A stretch of DNA of 64,000 nucleotides from Bacteroidota bacterium (lineage in GTDB: Bacteria > Bacteroidota > Bacteroidia > Palsa-965), in assembly GCA_006218065.1 (NCBI GenBank), contig VBWE01000002.1:85973-149972 (forward strand), in the 5' to 3' direction. The position numbers were made by a program, and so were the translations under genes. Numbering within the stretch: position 1 is the first letter of the stretch; each line of letters starts with the position of its first letter. The notes under the pieces were generated by a model that saw nothing but the letters and a program-made list of their open reading frames with translations, was not told the DNA's origin and made no database searches. This document shows positions 55,830-64,000 of the stretch, one piece after another.

Positions 55830-55858
55830 GGAATGTTGTTTAAAAACTACTTACTCCG

Positions 55859-58856
55859 TCATTTCGTCACAATCACCCGCTGGCTGCTGCGCTGACCGTC
55901 TGCGGTAATAACGGTAACCATATAAACTCCGGCCTCAGCAATCGCCAACATCGGCTGCGCCATTGGTGTGAATCTGCAGAGTAAACGTTCCGTTGTTCGG
56001 GTTCGGGAATACGGTGAATTGCTGTGTAGCAACTGCGGATGCGGAAATTCCTGTGCAGGCATCCACCCAAATCGAATCGGTAGCGATGCCTGTGCAACCG
56101 GCCGAATCCATGTATGTGTACGTGATCAGGTGTGTACCGAGACCGGCTGTTGCCGGATCAAACAGGTTTCCGGTTACGCCGTTGCCGCTCCAGGTTCCTC
56201 CGGCCGGTGATTCACCGCTCAGCGTTAATGCAGCGTCTGCGAGGCAGACAGTGTCCTGTGTTACCGATAAAGTAACTGCCGGGGCATTCGGATCATTCAG
56301 CGTTGCGCTTGTTGTTGTGGTGCAGCCGTTCGCATCGGTGATTGTGCAGGAGTACACACCAGCGCCCAGGCCGGAAATATCTTCGGTGCTTGCAGTTGTA
56401 CTCCACAGGTAAGTGTATCCTGTCGTTCCGCCGGTGATCGTGATATCGACCGATCCGTTGGTTCCTGCGCAGGTTGTGGGGTTGACGGCCGCCGCAACAG
56501 ATGCAGCAAGCAGGAGCGGTTCGCTGATGACGACTGTTCCGCTGTCGATGCAACCGTTGGCGTCGGTGAGTATGCCCGAGTAAGTTCCTGCCGGTAAGCC
56601 GGTGAGATCTTCCGTTGTAAATGCTCCGCTGTTCCAGTTGAATGTAAACGGTCCTGTTCCACCGGCTACGGTAAGATCGATCGATCCGTCGGAACCGCCG
56701 TTGCACGAAACGTTCACCGATGTAGCCGAAGTGGAAATAGCTGCCGGTTCAGTAACGGTAATTGTCGTTGTGCCTGTGCAACCGTTTGCATCCGTTACCG
56801 TGTAAGAATAAGTTCCCGCAATTACGGTGAACATTCCTTCGCCGGTGTATGGAGAAGTTCCGCCTGCGCCAACAACCGTGATGTCGGCAGAATCACCGTT
56901 ACACAAAACAGTTGTTGCCGAAGATGTCGGAGCAACTACTGTGGGTTCGGTAATGGTGATCGTTGTTGTACCCGTGCATCCGTTTGCATCGGTTACGGTG
57001 TAATTGTAAGTTCCTGCGGTTACCGTGAAGGTTCCTTCGCCGGTGTATGGAGAAGTTCCACCTGCACCAACGACTGTGATGCCCGCAGAACCGCCGGTGC
57101 ATAAAACAGCTGTTGCCGAAGACGTCGGTGCAACTACTGTGGGTTCGGTAATGGTGATCGTTGTTGTAGCCGTGCACCCGTTTGCATCCGTAACCGTACA
57201 GGTGTACGTTCCCGCGATGAGACCGGAAGCCGCCGCGGCAGTTCCGCCGGAAGGAGCCCAGTTATAAGAGTATGCTGTTGTTCCGCCGGATGCAGAAACC
57301 GCGGCAGTTCCGTCATTTGTGCCGAAGCAGGATGTGTTGGTCTGCGATGCTGCGGAAACAACAAGGGCAGTGGGCTGGGTAATGCTGAAAGTTTGTGTTG
57401 CAATACAAGCGTTCGCATCGGTAACGGTACAGGTCCATGTACCGGAAGCAAGGCCGGTAACAGAAGCTGTTCCGTCGCCGGTCGGGTTTCCGGGCGTCCA
57501 GTTGTAAGAGTAGGCTGTTGTACCGCCGCTCACGGTAACTGAAGCCGCGCCATTCGATCCGCCGTTGCATGAAATATTTGTCTGCGATGCAGCGGAAGCA
57601 ACGAGTACGGCGGGTTGTGTGATGTTGAAAGTTTGCGTTGCAGTGCAGGAACTCGCATCCGTAACGGTGCAGGTCCATGTTCCGGCAGTTAGTCCCGTTA
57701 CACTGGTCGTCCCGTCGCCGGCCGGATTACCGGGAGTCCAATTATAAGTGTAAGGACCGGCGCCGCCGGAGGCCATATTGACAGAAGCGGCCCCGTTCGA
57801 TCCGCCATTGCACAAAATGTTGGTTTGTGATGCAACTGTAAATGATACTGCCGTCGGTTGTGTAAGGGTGAATGATTTTATTCCCACTGCGCCATTGGCA
57901 TCCGTAACGGTGCAGGTCCATGTTCCGGCTGCAAGACCTGTAACCGTTGCTGTGCCGTCGCCGGCCGGATTACCGGGTGTCCAATCGTAGGAATAAGGCG
58001 CGAGCCCGCAACCGACACTAACTGCAATAGAACCGTTTGAACCGCCGTTGCAGGAAATGTTTGTCAGCGCGCTCGTACATATCGACAACGGGTTAGGAGT
58101 CGAAAAGCCGCTGACCACGCCACCTGGCGCTACCCAGTTGGACGCTGCACCATTTAAAGTAAAACCGGTCAGTGTACCATTGTTCGAATTTCCGGAAGCA
58201 TCTGTCAACGTAGTGACGCCGGCGTTATTTCCCCCGGCTGTTCCCTGGTTAAAATGGTAATTTGCCACAAGTCCGGGCGCTGTTGTCGGAATTTCGCAAT
58301 TTTTATACGCGCTGATTTCGCATGGTGTGCGTGCAATATTCCAGATTCGAAGTTCGTCCATGCTTCCTGCATAATATTCCCCGCCGCAAAAGGAACAGGT
58401 TACTCCTATCCGGAAGTTTACAGTAGACGGGACATTGTGCCCGGACCCCGGATTATCCTGCCCGATTAAACAACCATCCACATACACCGCTCTTGTGGTT
58501 CCATCAAACGTAGTGGCGACATGATGCCAGTTTCCATCATATAAATTAACCGGGCTTGTACTCGGATTCAAATCATTTCCCCACCAATATGCGTAAAGGG
58601 TTCCCGGGCTTCCGAACCGAAACGCATTGATCTGGTTTGTGCCTCCATAGTTTCCCCAGCCGATAAATCCCCCGTTAAGTGCGGACGGCTTTATCAGTAA
58701 CTCAATTGTGTAGGGAGAGTTTCCGATAGGAATGTTCGTTAATGGTCCGAATGTAACGATGTTGCCGGCGTTGAAGTTCAGGGCTGCTCCGGTCTGAGCC
58801 TTTAAGGTTGCAATTCCCAAAAAAAGGGTTGCGAATAGTGTAAAACATTTTTTCAT
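55859..58856 (-). CDS. LamG + SprB-repeat adhesin-like protein, frameshifted within the T9SS sorting domain
   Basis: WHHVATT, MDELRIWN, many TVTDANGC repeats; ORF stops at 55935, while LAIAEAGVYMVTV..QRVIVTK continues in another frame to 55859. Confidence 0.88.
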
Positions 58857-58931
58857 GTTGCGCAGGATTGGATTTATTTTTTAAACCAGTCCGAAAAGTA
58901 GAAGCCTGCCCATTACCAAAAAAATATCTGG

Positions 58932-58964
58932 TACGAGATGCAGAATGGTGTATATGAAATGCAG
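58932..58964 (-). promoter_or_regulatory. 21-bp-period direct repeat, candidate LytTR site
   Basis: TACGAGATGCAG at 58932 and TATGAAATGCAG at 58953; related sequence at 61166-61191. Confidence 0.5.
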
Positions 58965-59072
58965 GAGCCTGCCGCAGGCTGCGCTTTCACAGGATCAAAA
59001 CCGGTTGTAGAACCGGTCACAATTTGTGACCAGTTCATTGTAAAATGCAGGTGTGAAAAGGATTAAATCCGG

Positions 59073-61100
59073 CTAGCTGATTTGTTTGCGTGCAGACGCA
59101 TCAAGAAAGGTAAATGAGAATGCCGCCGCCCGGGTACCGGTTATTTCCACGGTTCCTTTCAGTTGCTTGCACAACTGGCGCACGAGGCGGATGCCGAGGG
59201 AATTGATCGTTTTCAGATCGAAATCGGCAGGCAAACCGGGACCGTTGTCCGAGAACAGCATCCTGTAATGACCGGGAGCGGTTTGTTCTACCGACAGTTG
59301 AACGACAATTGTGTCGCCATTGTTTGCCGCGTATTTCAGGGAATTGGTAAGCAGTTCATTGACGATGAGTCCCACGGAAATCGCCGTATCCAGGTCGAGC
59401 TGCAGCGTTGCGGGCTGCACGCTGATTTTTACTTCCGCAGGATGTTCTTTCAGCGTGTTCGTGAGATTATCCGTGAGTAAGGTGAGATATTCCTGCAACT
59501 GCACCGAGGCGATATCGTTCGTGTGATACAGTTGCTGGTGGACCAGCGAGATCGATTTCACGCGCAGGAGGCTTTCCTGCAGGGCTGCGGAAAGTTCCGG
59601 CCGCTGCACCGCGTTCATCTGCAGGTTGAGCATGCTCGAGATCAGCTGAAGATTGTTTTTCACCCGGTGATGAATTTCACTCAGGAAAACATCCTTGTCT
59701 GCCGACTGCTGCGCAATGACTTTGTTCTTCAGCAGCAATTCCGCGCCGGCTTTTTTCTTCTGGCGGTAAGCATAATAGGCGACCAGGATGATGATCAGCA
59801 ACGCAGTGATTATAGCCGCAGAAAACAGGAGCATGTCTTTCTTTGATTTTTTTTCTTCTTCAATCTGTGCGGCCTGCTCCTTTGTTTTATACTTTTTTTC
59901 CAGCTCCATCAAACCCAGCTGGTACATGCGCTCGGCGTTTTCCATCGCGTCCACCTGCGTATTGATGGCTACGCTGTCGCGGTAAATATTGGCCGTATCC
60001 ATGTAACGGAGCGCAAGCTGGTATTGCCCGCGGAGAGCTGTCGCCTGGCTGTAAACGCTGTAGAATTCCTGCAGGTGAAGATTGTTTTTCTGCGCACGCG
60101 CAATCGCATATAGTCTTCGGGCATAAGGTTCGGCTTTACCCGGATTCTCTTTCGAAACATACAGGTTGGCCAGTTTGATCAGGGCTTTCGGGGCATAGGT
60201 TTTCGCACCGACGGAATCGTATACATGAAGCGCTTCCAGCAAATATTTTTCCGCCGTATCCGCCTTGCCGGAATTCTGCGCATGCGCCCCGATCAGTGCA
60301 CAGGCTTCTGCGTAGGTTTTATCTTTCCCGTTCGTATTCATGATGGTATATAATGCGAGCCGGTCGTAACGCTCTGCCTCATCATACATTTCCAGCCGGA
60401 AATATACTTCACCAAGGTTTCCGTAGATGGCCGGAAGGGCTTTGCATTTGGGAACAAGCAGTGCAAATTTCAGCGCAGTGTCCAGGTGATTCCTGGCCAG
60501 TTGCAGGATATTGTCCCCGTGCGGTATCTGGGCGTGCGACCCGAGATAAATGCCGGCGAGATCGGTATGCACAATCGATTTCAGTTCGTTGTCTTCGCTT
60601 TTATGCGCAGCCCGGATGGCGTCCAGGCTCGATTTTATCGCGACAGGATACGCACCGAGAATCTGGTAAAACCGCGCTTTGGTAGTCAGCGCCTTGGCCT
60701 CGCGCGCCGGATCGCCGGCCTGCTGCCCGAGTTCGATCGCACGATCGTACATGATTATGCACGAATCGAATTTGTTGATGTTGCGCATCACGTTGCCCAG
60801 CGTAAGACATCCATGCGACATGCGGGAGTAATTTCCAGCGAGACTGTCGATACGTATCGCTTCGGATGCAAGTTTCTGCGCTTCACCGGGATTTTTGAAA
60901 CGCAGCAGGTGCGCAAGGTCGAGACTGAGACGCGCTTTCGCGGAATCGCTTTTGACTGCGGCGAGTCCGGCGCGCAGTTTTTGCTCTTTCGGATCTTCCT
61001 TCTGCGCAGCAAGCGGTGTGCCCACGGAAATACAACACATCACCAGGAGCAGGCGCATGATCATCACAAAACGTAATGTGAGTGCCGGTGTTTTCAACAT
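59073..61100 (-). CDS. TPR sensor histidine kinase (HisKA_2 type)
   Basis: TPRs, TM, EIHHRVKNNLQ, NELLTNSLKYA, DNGPG, SLGIRLV. Confidence 0.93.
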   Translation of the reverse strand: MLKTPALTLRFVMIMRLLLVMCCISVGTPLAAQKEDPKEQKLRAGLAAVKSDSAKARLSLDLAHLLRFKNPGEAQKLASEAIRIDSLAGNYSRMSHGCLTLGNVMRNINKFDSCIIMYDRAIELGQQAGDPAREAKALTTKARFYQILGAYPVAIKSSLDAIRAAHKSEDNELKSIVHTDLAGIYLGSHAQIPHGDNILQLARNHLDTALKFALLVPKCKALPAIYGNLGEVYFRLEMYDEAERYDRLALYTIMNTNGKDKTYAEACALIGAHAQNSGKADTAEKYLLEALHVYDSVGAKTYAPKALIKLANLYVSKENPGKAEPYARRLYAIARAQKNNLHLQEFYSVYSQATALRGQYQLALRYMDTANIYRDSVAINTQVDAMENAERMYQLGLMELEKKYKTKEQAAQIEEEKKSKKDMLLFSAAIITALLIIILVAYYAYRQKKKAGAELLLKNKVIAQQSADKDVFLSEIHHRVKNNLQLISSMLNLQMNAVQRPELSAALQESLLRVKSISLVHQQLYHTNDIASVQLQEYLTLLTDNLTNTLKEHPAEVKISVQPATLQLDLDTAISVGLIVNELLTNSLKYAANNGDTIVVQLSVEQTAPGHYRMLFSDNGPGLPADFDLKTINSLGIRLVRQLCKQLKGTVEITGTRAAAFSFTFLDASARKQIS

Positions 61101-61215
61101 GTTCAGCCGGAAATAATGCCGGATGTGAATTTCAGGTAAAAAAAGCTATTCCCTGTTGCCGCTGGGACGAAATGCCGAATTCTGTATATGACCGTAGCCC
61201 GGCCCGGCGGTTCTC

Positions 61216-61947
61216 TCAGCGAATACGGTTTGTAAGCGAAAGCACATCTTCCCGGAAACTCCGGCTGAGCGGGATTTCGGTTCCGTTAATCGTCACACTT
61301 TCGGTTGCAACGGCATCAATATGTTTCGGAACGACCATGAAGGACTTGTGCGTTTGTACGAAATAATTTTCCGGGAAATTGGAAAGCAGTTCCTTGAAAC
61401 TCATACGCACCGTATGCTTGCCCGCAGCCGTATGAATGTGTATGTAGTTCAGATCCGACTCGATCCACAGTACATCGGCAACCGGGACTTTCACATACTG
61501 CCGGTTTGATTTCACCATGATGCAACCGTCCGGCTTTACCTGTGCGGCTGCGGGGGTGCGGGTCGCCTGGTAATTGACAATAGCTGTTTCAATGGCTGCG
61601 AAAAGATTGTCTTTGGCAAACGGCTTGAGCAGGTACCCGTTCGGCTGGGTTTTTCCTGAACGAACCACCGTTGCTTTATCTGCGTGAGAGGTTACGAAAA
61701 CAATCGGGATATCATAATGGGTCCGGATATGTTCCGCCAGGTCAACACCGTCGCGATCACCGCCCAGGTTAATGTCCAGCAGGGCCAGGTCGGGCCGCTC
61801 ATCCGCAAGAATACGTACGGCGTTCGCATAGTCTCCGGCGCTTTCCGCTGCCTGGTAACCCAACTGCCGGATCATATCTTCCATATCCATGGAAACGATC
61901 TGGTCGTCTTCAACAATAAGAATGCGTAAAGGATTTTGCGAAGGCAT
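61216..61947 (-). CDS. LytTR-family response regulator
   Basis: LIVEDD, LLDINL, YLLKPF, FVQTHKSF. Confidence 0.93.
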   Translation of the reverse strand: MPSQNPLRILIVEDDQIVSMDMEDMIRQLGYQAAESAGDYANAVRILADERPDLALLDINLGGDRDGVDLAEHIRTHYDIPIVFVTSHADKATVVRSGKTQPNGYLLKPFAKDNLFAAIETAIVNYQATRTPAAAQVKPDGCIMVKSNRQYVKVPVADVLWIESDLNYIHIHTAAGKHTVRMSFKELLSNFPENYFVQTHKSFMVVPKHIDAVATESVTINGTEIPLSRSFREDVLSLTNRIR

Positions 61948-62093
61948 AGTATTGGCGGAATAAATATAGCGATTGTCCGCAAAAACAAGGACAGAACGGG
62001 CGCATATATTGTAGTACCGGCAAAGTAAAAACCCGCTTTCATTATTTATATAGGAATCAGTAATCCCGGGCGAATCCGCGATTCCGCCTCCCC

Positions 62094-63242
62094 TTATGCC
62101 CCGAAAGCCGTGCTCAGCTGGAACATAGGAAGGTACATGGCTACCAGGATCACCGCCACAAGCAAACCCAGGACGATGATCATCACCGGTTCCACCACGC
62201 TGCCGATGATGGATGTTTCATGATCGATTTCCTCGGTATATTGCTTCGAAAGTTTCCCGAAAATCAGGTCGAGCTGGTTTACTTCTTCCGCCACGCGCAG
62301 CAGCGAAACCATCCGGCGGTTGAAAACCGGGAACTGTGCAAGACTTTCATGCAGGCTTTTCCCGTGCAGGATATCGTCGCGGACTTTTTCCAGCGCCATT
62401 TCGATCGGGTAATAACCGACCATTTTTTCCACCAGTTCCAGCGCATTCACCAGCGGGGTTTTGGCTACGGTAAGCAGGTGCATGGCATGGCAGAAACGTT
62501 CGAGGTAAATTTTCTGAACCAGCTTCCCGAAATACGGCAGGCGCAAAACAAAGGCCGAAGAAAATTTCCGGTACCAGCTTTGTTTTCGCTGGGCGTAGCA
62601 GAAAATAAGCAAGCCGAAAACGGCGAGAAAAAAATACCCGGAATACGCAGAGAACGATTCCGAAAGGGAAATGATGCCTTTCGTCAGCGGCGGAAGTTCC
62701 TGCTTGAATCGCTTGAAGACGTCGGCGAACATGGGAACGACGAACTTCATCATGAAAAAAACGACGAGCACCGCCGCACCCAGCACAACCATCGGGTAGG
62801 AGAGTGCGCCGCTTACTTTCCGCCGCTGCTTGATTTTTTTGGTGAAGTAATCCGCGAGATCGTTCAGCACTTCGGCCATGCGGCCGGTTTCTTCGCCGAT
62901 GCGGATGCTGTAAAATTCGTAAGCGGAAAACCTGCCGGTAGCCTGCAGTGCATCCGAAAGGCTGCTCCCGTTGATCACCGCGGTGCGTATCCCGTTCAGC
63001 AGTTGACGTTCGGCGGCCTTCGGCTGTTCCTGTTCGATCAGTTCCAGCGCCGTTTTGATATCGATACCGGCTGCGAGTAAAAGATTCAGCTCAGCGTAGA
63101 AACGTTCTTTCTTTTTGTCGCCGAAACTTTTGCCGAAAAGCCGGATGTCTTTATTCAGCAGTTCGGAAATGGAACTGCCGGCCGGGGCGTCTTTTTCCTT
63201 CGCCTGTTTTTGTTTCACCTGCCTGATGTCGATGCCGGCCAT
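62094..63242 (-). CDS. T2SS GspF / type IV pilus PilC-family platform protein
   Basis: G.SLSDAL, IGEETGR, ALSYP, VPMFADVF, VEPVMI, AMYLPMF. Confidence 0.93.
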   Translation of the reverse strand: MAGIDIRQVKQKQAKEKDAPAGSSISELLNKDIRLFGKSFGDKKKERFYAELNLLLAAGIDIKTALELIEQEQPKAAERQLLNGIRTAVINGSSLSDALQATGRFSAYEFYSIRIGEETGRMAEVLNDLADYFTKKIKQRRKVSGALSYPMVVLGAAVLVVFFMMKFVVPMFADVFKRFKQELPPLTKGIISLSESFSAYSGYFFLAVFGLLIFCYAQRKQSWYRKFSSAFVLRLPYFGKLVQKIYLERFCHAMHLLTVAKTPLVNALELVEKMVGYYPIEMALEKVRDDILHGKSLHESLAQFPVFNRRMVSLLRVAEEVNQLDLIFGKLSKQYTEEIDHETSIIGSVVEPVMIIVLGLLVAVILVAMYLPMFQLSTAFGA

Positions 63243-63244
63243 GG

Positions 63245-63736
63245 TTATTCCTCCTCCTGTTTTCGCGCAAACGTCATCCGCACATCCGCCGGGTACGTTT
63301 TCCGGAAACGAAACAATTCCGGTTCGCTGCCGATGCCGGCGGTAAATACAAGTTCTTCCACCGGCAGCAGTTCACTGTTTACCGGTTGGTTTTCATAAAG
63401 CAGTTTGACCTCCGCATGCTTCACGCGGAAAGTATCCGTAACCAGGCTGTCGCGGCGTAAAATATAATCGCCGGCAAAGGTGTAGGCCAGGTTTCTTCCG
63501 CCGGGAAACTGCAAGCGGATCGTTTCGCTGTTGCCGGTGACCAGGGCTGCGCGTTCCATATCTTTTCCAAGCAAACCGTGCAGCCAGGCCGCGTCGCGGA
63601 TCGCCGTATTCATCTGCTGGTAACTGCCGTAACGACCGGCCATCACCTGGTACGCGGTGAACGATGCCGCCACGACAATGCCGCTCAGCACCAGGCCGAC
63701 AAGTAATTCCAGCAGCGTGAATCCTTTGAGCTTCAT
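63245..63736 (-). CDS. Prepilin-type (pseudo)pilin
   Basis: KGFTLLELLVGL class III signal peptide. Confidence 0.9.
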   Translation of the reverse strand: MKLKGFTLLELLVGLVLSGIVVAASFTAYQVMAGRYGSYQQMNTAIRDAAWLHGLLGKDMERAALVTGNSETIRLQFPGGRNLAYTFAGDYILRRDSLVTDTFRVKHAEVKLLYENQPVNSELLPVEELVFTAGIGSEPELFRFRKTYPADVRMTFARKQEEE

Positions 63737-64000
63737 GGTGCGATGAGTTCGTAATGCGTCGCTAATTTTTTTCCTTCAGCGTCAAATGCTTCGATCAGCA
63801 TCTGCTGCACGTCCGGCGCTTTTTCGTACGGTGAAATAATTTTCACGATACGCAGCGGTTCGGCATCGATTGTTTCGTTTAAAAAACGCTTTTCGGTTTT
63901 TGTCCTTATAGCCGTTTCTTCAACTACCAGTTGCGCACGCAGCCGCAGCCGGTTATTGTCGGTCTGCATCACGTTCGCGTAAATCGTAATCCCCGCACCG
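63733..64000 (-). CDS. Probable (pseudo)pilin, 5' end outside the window
   Basis: Open frame overlapping the next start by 4 nt (ATGA); hydrophobic GAGITIYANV at the window edge. Confidence 0.65.
   Translation of the reverse strand, partial: GAGITIYANVMQTDNNRLRLRAQLVVEETAIRTKTEKRFLNETIDAEPLRIVKIISPYEKAPDVQQMLIEAFDAEGKKLATHYELIAP

Noticed and set aside
56760..57980. DGR template/variable repeat pair in the adhesin
   Set aside because: The repeats are in-frame protein domains, differences do not look adenine-specific, and there is no reverse transcriptase.
1..64000. CRISPR array, rRNA, transposase, integrase or reverse transcriptase
   Set aside because: None seen. The three-copy motif at 335-1654 is separated by whole genes, not by spacers.

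Overview
A 64 kb chromosomal window from a Bacteroidota bacterium, inferred from several T9SS C-terminal sorting domains, an IPExxxVDY-pyk pair, TPR and LytTR sensors, and TAnnTTTG-like promoters. Left end (1-1832): the tail of an element integrated in tRNA-Asn(GUU). It has an att fragment at 1790-1832, three paralogous small genes and a 30-bp motif repeated before three gene starts. It is followed by an AT-rich islet and the deletion scar of a cyclase gene. Middle: housekeeping and accessory genes (M42 peptidase, pyk, TonB-type receptor, cyanophycin cphA/cphB/iaaA, nth, a CheR/CheB plus hybrid-kinase module, four T9SS cargo proteins each beside a sensor system), with many palindromic intergenic repeats. 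The right end holds a type IV pilin/PilC-like cluster. The most striking region is 35.4-39.8 kb, an RNA-repair module of RtcB, an SPFH/slipin protein and a divergent WYL regulator. It has three TGCGCA-N7-TGCGCA-type boxes and a ~410-nt structured non-coding region containing a circularly permuted tRNA-Asn-like domain (T arm, loop-capped acceptor stem, D arm, complete GUU anticodon arm). No Ro60/Rsr gene is present in the window. All family calls come from motif recognition by eye; no database search or folding program was run.
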